The notes beneath the pieces were generated by a model. That model ran no database searches. It was not told the DNA's origin and worked only from the letters and a program-made list of their open reading frames with translations. From assembly GCA_030612505.1 (NCBI GenBank), contig JAUWNU010000001.1, positions 1,233 to 65,232 on the forward strand: 64,000 nt of DNA, written 5' to 3'. The stretch comes from Methanomassiliicoccales archaeon (GTDB lineage: Archaea; Thermoplasmatota; Thermoplasmata; SG8-5). Within the stretch, counting starts at the first letter, position 1. Every line of letters begins with the position of its first letter. A program made the translations under genes and the position numbers. This document shows, piece by piece, positions 49,901 through 58,996 of the stretch.

Positions 49901-50917
49901 TTTACGTTCGATAACATCGAGCAAAGAATTGATTCCTCTTGAGTGTGGTTCTCCCACCTTTTCATCAACAAGGTCTCTGAGATTGATAACTTGCTCTTTT
50001 ACTGATTCTATCATAAATGGAACCGTGACAACAACAATCTCACTGTGCGCGATGTTATTGGTCTCATCTGCTTCATAGAATGTCTCATCTGGGTCAACCA
50101 CTGCAAAAATCATGTATTCTCCTTCAAAGCCAGTAGTATTCCAATTCAGAGAGGCGGTCATCGGCTGAGAAAGTCCGTGAAATGAGGACATACGAGTTCC
50201 GATTTTATTGTCTTCGTCTACAAAATTCAAATAGAAAGAAACATTGACATCCGGGGCACCCTGGGCGGCCGTTATCACAGCAGTAACAGTAATAATTTCA
50301 CCTGCTTCGGGTCTGATATTTGAAAAGCTGACACCCCTCACTGATAAATCCTGTTCAATTCCCAATTCATCAAATTCTTCTTCCGGTGGCGGGGCATCTT
50401 CTGCAAATTCATCAATAGGCATGGAAAATTCTGATAAAGTATCTGGAGAACCCTCGGTAGACAAAAGACTATCAGCTGACGCTATTTTAGAATCCTGGCT
50501 GTTGAAATATAAATCTAATTTCTTCCCGAATCCTATGTGTTCAATAACAAACGTTTCATAAATCGTGCTGCCGTCACTGACCGCAGTAATCTGGATAGTA
50601 TCTCCAACTTCATAACCGCTTGGCAATTCTTCCAATATACATTCATACGCACAAGTTTCGTATACCTCTGCCTTAATGGATTCACCTGTTCTCAGATTTT
50701 CAATAGTAATGTCCACATTGCTTATCAAATTGCCATTCCCATCATAGACAAAACCATAAACATCAAAAGGTGGTATTGGAGCACCATTGTTTCCAGTCAT
50801 TCCTTGTGCCTGAGCTGTTGAGAACGCACTGAATATGAACAACATTACAACCAAACTCGCAAAAATCTTTGTCTTACTACCCACTTCCACACCGTTTCTC
50901 TTCACTTCTGTATTCAT
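40991..50917 (-). CDS. 3308-aa secreted S8 subtilisin-like protease with CARDB, beta-helix (NosD/PbH1), propeller, GWNL and Ig modules
   Basis: Catalytic IVDTG, GHGTHCTG, FAAGNEG, SGTSQACP; many I..N.I..N..GI repeats; E.DETNN CARDB motifs; no TM anchor. Confidence 0.9.
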   Translation of the reverse strand: MNTEVKRNGVEVGSKTKIFASLVVMLFIFSAFSTAQAQGMTGNNGAPIPPFDVYGFVYDGNGNLISNVDITIENLRTGESIKAEVYETCAYECILEELPSGYEVGDTIQITAVSDGSTIYETFVIEHIGFGKKLDLYFNSQDSKIASADSLLSTEGSPDTLSEFSMPIDEFAEDAPPPEEEFDELGIEQDLSVRGVSFSNIRPEAGEIITVTAVITAAQGAPDVNVSFYLNFVDEDNKIGTRMSSFHGLSQPMTASLNWNTTGFEGEYMIFAVVDPDETFYEADETNNIAHSEIVVVTVPFMIESVKEQVINLRDLVDEKVGEPHSRGINSLLDVIERKLNLADNFYDNGKTAQAVNTLNHAVDSAFLVVDKISLLEKQGTINEADADMLILEVWSMINNLIETTDVMVDNPMSEDIANAEKSIAEIRVTGTIQLGRDNWWGIIDNKFSLALNKYQTAMKNLAEDKDIQAFLEAGEELLLETKDEIGDYVIKGRLPEIFGTWAIVKIDETRLIFPPDLTAIPQYIEIEGDLIKGEPSWIKIPVSNAGIVSAKDVQVDIYDELENGDKTLLSSSTISKIESGSEDFVTFEWTPETRGPHYLNIHIDPENKIGEANEGDNVIREGVWVIGGTIWWNSTHYVDTEERYNNVEIRLQDRYGLGGDLIINSTGRLIFEDNVTLRIDRIDPLESPLKIKLNHGGSFDILDRSIIVAKQESLSYKFFTNSWLNVTDNSSVRWMWGDISDLSKPGGIQALEGSKVNIAGSKIMEGTTHNIYVKDSSPTIMNSNVTKADLGHGIFVEGMSSPIIENCLIEDNVGEGIYLDSSIGRIVNNTIQYNQGNGTSVHNMISPYGEPTYIPGTDVGYFIWHDNAGWHLRMSGDGGTDYFNGTITASESFTNLNYFDFETGEGDTAGIGNPTSFNMNEGSGEDSLDFNITGGTVTFDLWLNDAYQTFTIFVGSSKANPVSVPFLLSEYTKIANNNISFNTGFGVSSILSNVPIIGNTITFNGQAGIVVSGGSPYISDNFVSATTYSGKGLPGSGGSIFSSPALLQLLNRRPQSQTQISLDSISFDTIEGEPLISSDLKIEAYPPGVDGLYLVQFSEPLTNEMIEQIEGLGATVYDSVPSNAFGVMMDETTKTSVENLPFIQWCGLYQPAYKISSKINRNLQNSTNVTVMIMNTDAVSDIVAEVTSLSNVVLKEWQFRDYYNMRIQINSDIVSKVAHIPEVYWIEPYMVPEIFDEVSDEIVGGSFPGYGSYVNSLGYNGTGVNISIVDTGLDTGVNGTMHEDLRGRVLGYIDYTEDDDTDGVAEDINGHGTHCTGIVAGNASIGTTDTNSYLYGLGVAPNAKILAQRIFGDSDSWEGPSNQELVKDAFIRGAVLGSNSWGSRSYGAYTLDDAEFDALVRDADNDTAGDQEYTMIFAAGNEGSAGAGSTGSPGNAKNVITVGASENYRLEGSSAADNPDEIAYFSSRGLTDDGRIKPDIVAPGTWIASLQTHDGSPSLVAAGYQNIDDDYQWCSGTSQACPHVAGGAALFIEYYRNLYGVDPSPAMIKAVLINSADDIGTPDIPNGNEGWGRMNLTNALEPVGTITHDDHQLLENGQWQEYKVTVTDTTQPLKITMAWTDPPGSPNAAKTLVNNLDLDVIAPDGTVYYGNQFSNGWSDSSLIQNDDINNIECVYINPSELLVGTYIVRVIAVSLLEDSISATSAIDQDYAIVLNYHGTPTSKGIVEFDKTAYQSNSTAGINLVDADLTAIPNIMINLASSPTGDLLQSTLTETVSGSSYFTGSATLEYGDSNPPDNILQVKSGDTITVEYEDADDGTGSPATAIDTAIIDDTMPIISNIAVTRLSYGTVAITWDTDESSDSTVIWGDNVPPLTTASNPRKTTAHIVFLTNLLHGVTYYFAVQSKDVADNIAIDDNSGEYFKFVVMFDFDVGSGIVVIGDSSPHITKNNLTDNYHGIVVGKDSSSNIEANNINYNWNDGIQINEAATSLIIANNNNISSNPRGIYVNNSAPTIENNDIGWNTIGISVAILASPSIIGNTIISNTNYGVYSNSASPVLRDGNNISLNNVRGIYLEGGGLSTVDNNTISLNYQGIFVIRSMAIITRNHINSNDGIGILTGWWSQSTITDNTIQLNLVGIKSTSSDTSLISGNNITSNDNCGIYIQSSGATIAGNNITSNGYGYTSGAGIRDQGSHAIVEDNNILLNRYGCYMVWSSSTEVIRNNISSSNTYGIYLFASWPSISYNNIFSSNTYGIYMYGGKRPTTISHNNISGSSSNLIYCYDSLANIKNNTFIQSGTGHVVYAYGSTSTTYTCYPVIQENNITGTGTQRGIGIYGTAKTTIENNTISLFSYGIYINSNEEPMNITGNNIRLNNYGIFCDSSHPSIMNNNISQNIAYGIYSRSSGPYIANNIISINGYGVYFENSSYSPELSINCLSDGSRKRDFGFFNPESYLNPLPTLTVPNRAIILDESTFVISGESLGTSVEVVSNPAGMGQHYAHVWEDRVYWLDKREGVYSLFTYNISTMEEEYLVDVGSNIMAIQGALWDDQYVWIYENHLYSYNISADIVTELSNKVSRGYSTSIHNDKVVWRDSRDGNYEIYMYNLTSNEETRITNNLEIDDAPCIFGNKIVWHKYLGWEYAIYLYDLGLNGVFEDGGGDDSEKWITPLGSGTINTSPSIHNNFIAWQSDKDGVTSDNWWNIYVFNLSNNETVKITNAHNNVQPEIWGDKVVYQIINAVPGPFGVAIYDISDGNTTILSLTAGISPNPSQSIHGNIVAWQEMCEEEQTTHIHFVDMRIFGDDIFSSNVKLDIGDDGVEDWVYSGEFNEIVFINETDNGLVSLLNSRVSGTGLGDVTIPLNVSVDEQGKIVLENINIKYVLRTELRNNIISDTVNDAIYCYDSSFLIVNSTITNSTGYDFSIGGDSHPVSLNTTFNKTNTIYWDASSNLTVQWFLHVKVLYESLEPTSNATVWVNDTSHNLVELRTTNINGRTNWVICTEYVENSITRTLSTPHYATATYENLIGYATPNAYMNQSKEVIIILSEPFLLPLHEGWNLISLPNIQFDPYIRSAFYTIEGEWDRARWFDTRLDYWKSYNIYKPEYQNNLLYINHTMGIWIHATANTTLAVMGSKPIITEIPLYYGYNLVGYPSYNDRLASDALSGLPVGSIAVYDSTAPMLIRDVYDLTTVTMTAGEGYWVKVTDNCTWTVISDTIPPQHSNEYPPPDGASTNTTPVISIHITDMFGVEVSTIRLYVSAFSVFYDLDPITDGYNVSYYHEAGFAPGTTVVCQIVAEDIYGNVLDYTWEFTVPP

Positions 50918-51080
50918 CTAAATTCCTCCCGACAACAAGATGACTAAAAAACGCCCCCTAACCTGACCCTGATGATGTTATACATGCAAAAAACTTTCTA
51001 TGAAAAAACAGCATGTTAAAAAGTAATATACTGGAAACGATAGAAAATCTAATTAAGAAGTTATGAGTTATATTCATTAC

Positions 51081-54000
51081 ATGTGCGGGAAAAGAGTGTC
51101 AGTAATTCTTTCGATTATTCTTGTTATCATTCTTATTTTACCTGTTGTGAATCTTTCAGCAAACAAGCCAGAGCAAAAACCAACTCCTAAAATGAATCCA
51201 GTAAATAATGAAGCTTTCGGTTTTCCACCTGGCTGGTCTGACGACATTCAATTGACTTTCATACCTGGGTTGGGGTCGAATGTACGGGCTTCCATGATAA
51301 CAAATAGGGATGTCATCCACATTGTTTGGGAGAATATGACAGATGGCCATATCGGATACTGCCGTAGCGAGGATGCTGGAAGGACGTGGACAGAGCCTAG
51401 AATCATAACCTCTGGAAATGTGGCAGGGAACCCAAGGATTGCCATAAACGGTTCCCATATACACGTTGTATATGAGAAGGATACTGGCTTCACATCTGAA
51501 ATCATGTATCAGAACAGCACTGACAATGGTGAGACATGGAGTTTACCTGTGATGTTGTCCCTCAATGACGGAGTTTGGTGCGCAATACCAGACATTGCCG
51601 TTGATGGCGATAACATTCATGCGGTATGGGAAGATGAAGATGCAAGCGGACCCGGAATTTATGAGATTATATATCGCAACAGCACAGATGGAGGAAAAAC
51701 TTGGAATTCACAGGTTCAACTAACCAATTATCCAGGAGGTTCTGATGCATCAGCAAAAATCGCCATTAATGAGTCTGTAGTTCATGTGGTCTGGGGAAGG
51801 TTCGTTACTGCCACAGGCAGTTTTGAAACAATGTACCGCCGCAGCCTGGACGGAGGCTCAATCTGGGAAGCTGAAATGCAGATAACAAAACCAGGTTCTG
51901 GACATTCCTATGCCCCTGATCTGGCAGTGAACGGCTCCAATGTTTATGCAATCTGGATGGACAGCAGGGATGGTTCATGGGAAACGTATATCAACACCAG
52001 CTTCGATGATGGCCAGACTTGGAATGGAGAAATAAGGTTGACCGATGTTGATGGCCGCAACTCATTTGGGGCTCATGTAGGTGTCTGGAATGAGACTGTT
52101 TACGTTGTCTGGGGAGACCCGAGGGACGATTACCCATACCCGGAAGCGCATGAAGCCTACATGAATTATAGTTTTGATGGCGGTGTTACCTGGCAGAGTT
52201 CGAATGAGAGATTACAATTTGCTCTGAATAACTCCGGGCCAAATGATATTGCGCTGACAGAGAACTATATACATGTAGTCATGAAAGACAATAGGACAGG
52301 AAAACGAGAAATATATTACAAACGCTACCCCGACTTCCAAACAGATACCACAGCTCCTTCAATAGTTCATACTCCAATCCCAAACACACCTATTGGCCAG
52401 CTGATCAATATAACAGCAAAGGTTTCTGACAATGTGGCACTCTCAGAAGTATGGCTTAACTATACTGGCATTAATGGAACCAATTACAATGTTTCGATGA
52501 CCGGCTGGGATCAGAAAAAGGTCATGGTTTCTGGATTGGGGCAAACACTCTATGCCCAGGATGGTAATTATTCATTTGAGATTCCTGCGCAGAATGGTGT
52601 TGGTGTGGTTAGCTATTACATTTGGGCTGAAGACGTGGAAGGAAATTTTAAAAATTCTCCTTGGGGCGGTAGTTATTTCGTACAGGTAACAGGGCCGCCG
52701 AGCATTGAAGTTACAAATCCCGTAGGTGGAGAAATTTGGACTGGCGGGAGCAATCACCAGATTGAGTTCACCGCTTCAGATTCAGAGGACGACCCTGCCA
52801 ATTTGACCGTCTTCCTGAATTATACCTCCGGTGCTGGCGGAGCGATTGCCATACTTCAAGGGAATCAGACACCTTATTCCTGGACATTGCCTACTATAAA
52901 TGCGATTGATGTGAAGGTCAACGCCACTGTGGTTGACAGAGATGGAAACAAAGCCTACGGTGATTCTGAAATGTTCGAGATTGATACTTCCTTGCCAGAG
53001 GCCGTCTCGACAATGCCAGCCAATGGCACAACAGGAGTTTTCATCTATCAGTCTGTTGTCATCCAGTTTAACGAACCAATGAACACCTCCACCGTTACAG
53101 CGGCACAAACAGGCGGGATCGACCCAGGCAGTTGGTCATGGTTCTGGAATGTGGATAAGGACACGATTACTGGCATACATGATGCGTGGTCTAGGGGAGA
53201 TATTATTGAGATAACTGTTCAACCAAATTATAAAGATGATTCTGATCAGGGAAATGCTAACAGCACATCCTGTGTTTTTTCGTTCACAACCGAAACCAAT
53301 CCGTCACCTGAGATAGTCCACACAAATATTTCAAGTCCGCAGGAACTGGGGGATGAGATTAGAATAAACGCTACAATCACAGATGACAGTACAGTGATGA
53401 ACGCTGTTCTATGGTGGCAAGATATTGATGGTGTTTGGCATGAAAATTATATGAGCAAAAATGGCGATGATTGGGAGTATTGGATTCCTGGCCAGATGGC
53501 AGAAGGAAAAATAAGTTATCAAATCAATGCAACAGACGATTTACAGCAGAAAAATACCACGATAATCTATGAATTTAATGTTGAAGATACAACGCCACCA
53601 GTTATTGTTCATACACCTGTTGAGAGTGTATTAATTAATGAATCAATTAACATCACTTGCCAGGTTAGTGATTTAGGCGGGGCGAATGCTTCAGCGGTGT
53701 ATCTCTTTTACAAATGTGCAGGCGAGACTGATTATACCCAAGTAACGATGAATCCAGGATTTTGGTATGAAATACCAGCACAATCAATTCCAACCACAAT
53801 TGAATATTATCTTCTGGCTTCTGATTTCTATGGTAATAATGCTTCTACCTCTCTTTACTCTTTTGATGTAATTGATACATCCATACCAGATACTACACCG
53901 CCAGTAATTGCCCATACACCTGTTGAAAGCGCTGTTATTGGCGAATCGATAAACATCAGTTGCCAGGTTATTGACCTGGATGGAGTGGATATTGTCTATC

Positions 54001-54605
54001 TGAATTACAAAAATGAAAGTGATGTAAATTTCATCCAAGTAACAATGAATCCTGGCTATTGGTTTGAATTGCCCGCTCATTTTCTGCCAACAATAATCGA
54101 GTATTATATTCAGGCTTTTGACATATCTGGCAACGAGGCAGCAACACAAACTTACAGCTTGGAAATAATTGACCCATCTGTTCCAGATACAATGCCACCA
54201 GAAGTATTGCTAGCAACTCCGACAGGAGATAATTTTCCCATCTCAACGAGTATTTCAGTTGTGTTTAGCGAATATATGAATACGACCTCTGTGGAAGGTG
54301 CAATATCGATTTCGCTAGACATTTCCTTTAGCAGTTCATGGGCTAATAATCAAACTTTAGTTCTATCATTCACTGGCAACCTTTCTTACGACACTACTTA
54401 CACAGTTACAATAGATTCGGGAGCAAAAGACCTGGCAGGAAATACTTTGGCAAGCGATTATTCGTGGCAGTTTACGACATTAGGTGAACCAGAGGTAGTA
54501 CAACCCACAGCATCTAATGATTGGGGCTGGATTGGGATTATAATCTTTCTGATTTCGTTTATTGCTTTAATTCTAATTCATGGAGTTTACAAAGAGGAAT
54601 TGTGA
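51081..54605 (+). CDS. Membrane-anchored Asp-box (sialidase-like) propeller + Ig-stalk protein, paralog 1
   Basis: Six S.D.G.TW Asp-boxes; DTTPP.I.HTP repeats; Big_5-type domains; C-terminal WGWIGIIIFL TM helix. Confidence 0.85.
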   Translation: MCGKRVSVILSIILVIILILPVVNLSANKPEQKPTPKMNPVNNEAFGFPPGWSDDIQLTFIPGLGSNVRASMITNRDVIHIVWENMTDGHIGYCRSEDAGRTWTEPRIITSGNVAGNPRIAINGSHIHVVYEKDTGFTSEIMYQNSTDNGETWSLPVMLSLNDGVWCAIPDIAVDGDNIHAVWEDEDASGPGIYEIIYRNSTDGGKTWNSQVQLTNYPGGSDASAKIAINESVVHVVWGRFVTATGSFETMYRRSLDGGSIWEAEMQITKPGSGHSYAPDLAVNGSNVYAIWMDSRDGSWETYINTSFDDGQTWNGEIRLTDVDGRNSFGAHVGVWNETVYVVWGDPRDDYPYPEAHEAYMNYSFDGGVTWQSSNERLQFALNNSGPNDIALTENYIHVVMKDNRTGKREIYYKRYPDFQTDTTAPSIVHTPIPNTPIGQLINITAKVSDNVALSEVWLNYTGINGTNYNVSMTGWDQKKVMVSGLGQTLYAQDGNYSFEIPAQNGVGVVSYYIWAEDVEGNFKNSPWGGSYFVQVTGPPSIEVTNPVGGEIWTGGSNHQIEFTASDSEDDPANLTVFLNYTSGAGGAIAILQGNQTPYSWTLPTINAIDVKVNATVVDRDGNKAYGDSEMFEIDTSLPEAVSTMPANGTTGVFIYQSVVIQFNEPMNTSTVTAAQTGGIDPGSWSWFWNVDKDTITGIHDAWSRGDIIEITVQPNYKDDSDQGNANSTSCVFSFTTETNPSPEIVHTNISSPQELGDEIRINATITDDSTVMNAVLWWQDIDGVWHENYMSKNGDDWEYWIPGQMAEGKISYQINATDDLQQKNTTIIYEFNVEDTTPPVIVHTPVESVLINESINITCQVSDLGGANASAVYLFYKCAGETDYTQVTMNPGFWYEIPAQSIPTTIEYYLLASDFYGNNASTSLYSFDVIDTSIPDTTPPVIAHTPVESAVIGESINISCQVIDLDGVDIVYLNYKNESDVNFIQVTMNPGYWFELPAHFLPTIIEYYIQAFDISGNEAATQTYSLEIIDPSVPDTMPPEVLLATPTGDNFPISTSISVVFSEYMNTTSVEGAISISLDISFSSSWANNQTLVLSFTGNLSYDTTYTVTIDSGAKDLAGNTLASDYSWQFTTLGEPEVVQPTASNDWGWIGIIIFLISFIALILIHGVYKEEL

Positions 54606-54674
54606 GTTAGTCTCTTTTCAATCATTAGTGAATCCGAGCGGATTCGCATTCGGCGGTAAGAACGCTTACTACTT

Positions 54675-55229
54675 TCATCCAAATTCATCCAATTCTTCTT
54701 CCGGTGGCGGGACATCTTCTGCAAATTCATCAATGGGCGCGGAGAATTCCGATAAATTATCTGGAGTGCCCTCGGTAGACAAAAGACTCTCAGTTGATGT
54801 TATTTTAGAGTCCTGGCTGTTGAAATGTAAATCCAATTTAGTCCCGAATCCTATACGTTCAACAATAAATGTTTCATAAATTGTGGTGTCATCATTAACC
54901 GCAGTAATCTGGATAGTGTCTCCAATTTCATAGCCGCTCGGCAATTCTTCTAAATCACATTCATATGCACAAGTCTCATAGACATTTGCCTCAAGCGTCT
55001 CAGTGGTTCTAAGGTTTTCAATTGCAATCTCAACATCGTAAACAGGATTGCCGTTCTCGTCATAGATTTGCCCATAAAGCACATAAGGCGGTGTCGGCAC
55101 TCCTTCATTTTCTGCCACTCCCTGCGCCTGAGCGGTTGAGAATGCACTGAATATGAACAGTGCCACAATTAAGCTCGCAATAGTCTTTGTTCTAGCCCCC
55201 ATGATATTTGATTTTGTATTTTTCGTCAT
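54675..55229 (-). CDS. Truncated paralog (184 aa) of the giant protease N-terminus
   Basis: Highly similar to residues ~12-186 of the 3308-aa protein; stops after the acidic linker. Confidence 0.75.
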   Translation of the reverse strand: MTKNTKSNIMGARTKTIASLIVALFIFSAFSTAQAQGVAENEGVPTPPYVLYGQIYDENGNPVYDVEIAIENLRTTETLEANVYETCAYECDLEELPSGYEIGDTIQITAVNDDTTIYETFIVERIGFGTKLDLHFNSQDSKITSTESLLSTEGTPDNLSEFSAPIDEFAEDVPPPEEELDEFG

Positions 55230-55405
55230 TTTCCTACCCCCTGATATGATGGTTAATATTGCAAGGGCAATCGCATTGGTGAGATATAAAATCTTGTGAA
55301 TGCACGATAATATTGTGTAAAGAAAAAGGATGTTTTTATGACGAAAACCTATAGTTTGTAGTTAAAGAGACAAAAGTATTTTAGGAATGATGCGAATGGA
55401 GATTT

Positions 55406-58400
55406 GTGTTGAAAAAATCGATAGGAAGAAAACGGCAGATCTTTCTAGTATCTGCAACTACATTCGTAATCATTACCTTGTTATTGAGTTCTATGGTAGT
55501 TATAATTTTCCCTCAAAATACTGCCAAACAGATTGATAATGTGATTAATACATTTCCACCGGGTTGGACAGATGACATTCAAATGACCCTCTTAACAGAA
55601 TTGGGCTCTCAAATAAGACCCGCTCTTGCATCTGAAGGAGAGGTTATTCATTTAATCTGGGAAAATAGGTCAAGTATCCATAAATTGGAATATAGACGAA
55701 GCAATGATGCGGGAAGGACATGGACAGAAACTAGAATGATTACTTCGGGGGAAGTGGGTAATCAGAAAATAGCCATTAATGGATCTCAGATTCATGTCGT
55801 TTATGAAAAGGACTTTGGTATCGGTTTAGAAATAGTATATCAAAATAGTACGGACAACGGGGATACCTGGAATGCTCCTGTGATGTTAACTCCCAATGAT
55901 GGAATTTGGACCCAGCTCCCTGATATTGCGGTTATCAATGACACGATTCATATAGTCTGGGAAGATGAAGGCACAAGTGCTCCTGGAAGTTGTGAAATAT
56001 TCTATCGCAACAGCACAGATGGAGGAATATCTTGGAATCCAACGATTCAACTCACAAATTACCCTGGGGGGTCAGATACCGAGGCAAAAATCGCTGTTAA
56101 CGGCTCTATAGTTCATATAACCTGGGGTAGATTTGTTACGGGGACGGGGACGTTTGAAGCAATGTATCGACGAAGCCTAGATGGAGGTTCAACCTGGGAG
56201 GCAGAAAAGCAGATAAGCCTACCAGGATCTGGACATTCTGAGCCTAGCGACCTCGCCGTGAATGGCTCCAGCGTTTACACAATATGGATGGACAGCAGGG
56301 ATGGATCGTGGGAGACATATATTAACTCCAGCTTTGATAACGGCCAGACTTGGAATGGCGAAATGAGACTGACCGATGCCGATGGTCGGAACTCATTTGG
56401 CGCACATGTTGGTACATGGGATCAAACTGTTTATGTTGTCTGGGGAGACCCAAGAGACGATTATCCGTACCCAGAAGCGCACGAAGCGTACATGAACTAC
56501 AGTTTTGACGGCGGTGTAACCTGGCAGAGTTCGAATGAAAGATTACAATTTGCCCTGAATAATTCCGGGCCTGGTGACATTGCCCTAACAGAAAACTCTG
56601 TACATGTAGTCATGACAGATAATAGAACAGGAAAAAAGGAAATTTATTACAAACGTTATCCTGATTTCCCAGCAGATATTGCGTCACCATCTATAATCCA
56701 TACACCCACCTCAAGCACACCTATAGGCCAATCAATCAATATCACAGCCAAAGTTACTGATAATGTGGCCCTCGCAGATGTCTGGTTGAATTATACCAGC
56801 GTGAATGGGACAAATAACAATGTTTCTATGACTGGCTGGAATCAGAAAGAAGTCATGGTCTCGGGGTTGGGACAAACACTCTATGCCCAGGATGGTAATT
56901 ATTCGTTTGAGATTCCTGCTCAGCAAAGTGCTGGTGTCATGAATTATTATATTTGGACAAATGATACCAGTGGAAATGAAAACTGGATTGGGACTTATCA
57001 GGTTCAAATTTTTGACATGACCAAGCCAATAATCAATCATGTTCCTGTAGCTTCTTCAAAAATAAACGAGCCGATTGATATAGGTGTAAATGTGACTGAT
57101 AACGGCGAGGTTGCGAATGTAACTCTATACTATGAAAATGTGGGCGTTACGACCTATACAGCCGTTGACATGACTCCCGTATCCGGCAATTGGGCTGCAA
57201 CAATCCCAGCACAAAATGAAACTGGCTTGGCTCATTACTTCATATGGGCGAACGATACGTCTGGGAATAATGTAACTGATCCATTAATGGGAAGCCATGC
57301 GGTTCAGATAACTGGGCCCCCGAGCATTGGGGTTACAAATCCAGTAGGTGGTGAGGATTGGACTGGCGGGAGCAAGCATTTGATAGAGTTTGTTGCGTCT
57401 GATACTGAGGATAATTCCGAGAATTTGACGGTGTTCCTGAATTATACATTTACTACTGGCCAAGGTGATATTGCCATCTCGATAAAAGGGGATGAATCTC
57501 CATATCTTTGGACGTTGCCAAATATCGATGCGACTGATGTTGTTGTAAATGCCACAGTTGTTGATTCTGATGGGAATAAAACCTATGATGATTCGCCAAT
57601 ATTTACGATAGATTCTTCACCGCCAGAAGTAATTTCGACTAATCCAGTAAATAATACAACAGGTATTTCTATTTTCCAGCCGATAGTAATTCAGTTCAAT
57701 GAAAAAATGAATATATCTTCGGCTGTTGTAAATCAAACGAATGGTACTGACCCTGGTGGTTGGTTTTGGTTCTGGAATCAGGACAAGGATACAATTACAG
57801 GGATTCATGATGCCTGGCTCAGAGGAGATAATGTAGAGATAACAGTCCAGATAGGATACAAGGATGATTCTGAACCTGGAAACATCAATAACACTGCTTA
57901 TGTTTTTTCATTCACAACTGAAACAAACCCTTCGCCTGAGATAAACCATATGAATATTTCAGTCCCACAGGAATTGGGTGATGCAATAAGAATTAATGCA
58001 ACAATCACAGATGATGGCACAGTGATGAACGGTGTTCTTTGGTGGCAGGATGTTGATGACATCTGGCATGAGAATTATATGGATAAAGATGGTGATGATT
58101 GGGAGTACACCATACATGCTCAAATGGCTGTGGGTAAAGTCAAATATCAAATCAATGCAACCGATGACTTTGAGCAGAAAAATTCAACTATTATTTACGA
58201 GTTCGATATTAGAGATTCAACGCCTCCAGTTATTATCCATACGCCTGTTGAAAGTGCAGTTATTGGTGAGGCGATAAACATCACCTGTGAGATTATTGAT
58301 TTAAGCGAGGTGAATATAGCATACATGACATCTGGGGTGTTTTTTGTTTACAGATACGAAGGCGACACTGGCTTCACATATGGAGTGATGAACCCGGGTT

Positions 58401-58957
58401 ATTGGTATGAATTACCAGAACATTCTGCGCCAGCCACAATCGAGTATTACATCCAGGCATCTGACATTTATGGCAACGTTGCTTCAACACAACTTTACAC
58501 TTTAGAAATAATCGCCCCATCTTTCCCAGATACTATACCGCCAGAGATATTGCTCGCAACTCCAACTGGTGATAATATTCCAATATCAACGGAGATTTCA
58601 ATAGTGTTTAACGAAGCTATGAATCAATCTTCCGTGGAAAACGCAATCTCGATTTCACCGACAATAACTGGTATCAGTTACACGTGGCTGAACAATCAGA
58701 CATTAGTTATTGATATTTCAGGTATTCTTTCATACAATTCAACTTACACAGTTATGATAGATACAGGAACAAAAGACCTGGCTGGAAATACTTTGGAGAA
58801 CGATTATTCATGGCAATTTACGACGGTTGAAGAACCGGAGATTATTCAACAACCAGCGTCAAATAATTGGGGGTGGATTGGGATTATTATATTTTTGGCT
58901 ACAATAATAATGTTGATGTTGTTCTATCAGTTTAACAAGGAAAAAGAGCTGGAATAA
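55406..58957 (+). CDS. Asp-box propeller + Ig-stalk protein, paralog 2
   Basis: Colinear with paralogs 1 and 3; different signal peptide and upstream region. Confidence 0.85.
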   Translation: MLKKSIGRKRQIFLVSATTFVIITLLLSSMVVIIFPQNTAKQIDNVINTFPPGWTDDIQMTLLTELGSQIRPALASEGEVIHLIWENRSSIHKLEYRRSNDAGRTWTETRMITSGEVGNQKIAINGSQIHVVYEKDFGIGLEIVYQNSTDNGDTWNAPVMLTPNDGIWTQLPDIAVINDTIHIVWEDEGTSAPGSCEIFYRNSTDGGISWNPTIQLTNYPGGSDTEAKIAVNGSIVHITWGRFVTGTGTFEAMYRRSLDGGSTWEAEKQISLPGSGHSEPSDLAVNGSSVYTIWMDSRDGSWETYINSSFDNGQTWNGEMRLTDADGRNSFGAHVGTWDQTVYVVWGDPRDDYPYPEAHEAYMNYSFDGGVTWQSSNERLQFALNNSGPGDIALTENSVHVVMTDNRTGKKEIYYKRYPDFPADIASPSIIHTPTSSTPIGQSINITAKVTDNVALADVWLNYTSVNGTNNNVSMTGWNQKEVMVSGLGQTLYAQDGNYSFEIPAQQSAGVMNYYIWTNDTSGNENWIGTYQVQIFDMTKPIINHVPVASSKINEPIDIGVNVTDNGEVANVTLYYENVGVTTYTAVDMTPVSGNWAATIPAQNETGLAHYFIWANDTSGNNVTDPLMGSHAVQITGPPSIGVTNPVGGEDWTGGSKHLIEFVASDTEDNSENLTVFLNYTFTTGQGDIAISIKGDESPYLWTLPNIDATDVVVNATVVDSDGNKTYDDSPIFTIDSSPPEVISTNPVNNTTGISIFQPIVIQFNEKMNISSAVVNQTNGTDPGGWFWFWNQDKDTITGIHDAWLRGDNVEITVQIGYKDDSEPGNINNTAYVFSFTTETNPSPEINHMNISVPQELGDAIRINATITDDGTVMNGVLWWQDVDDIWHENYMDKDGDDWEYTIHAQMAVGKVKYQINATDDFEQKNSTIIYEFDIRDSTPPVIIHTPVESAVIGEAINITCEIIDLSEVNIAYMTSGVFFVYRYEGDTGFTYGVMNPGYWYELPEHSAPATIEYYIQASDIYGNVASTQLYTLEIIAPSFPDTIPPEILLATPTGDNIPISTEISIVFNEAMNQSSVENAISISPTITGISYTWLNNQTLVIDISGILSYNSTYTVMIDTGTKDLAGNTLENDYSWQFTTVEEPEIIQQPASNNWGWIGIIIFLATIIMLMLFYQFNKEKELE

Positions 58958-58996
58958 GCTATCCCCAGATATTCCATCAACGCTTTCTCTCGTTCT

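Noticed and set aside
51081-52330. Calling the Asp-box proteins true sialidases
   Set aside because: Asp-boxes indicate the fold only; I could not identify the FRIP motif or Arg triad.
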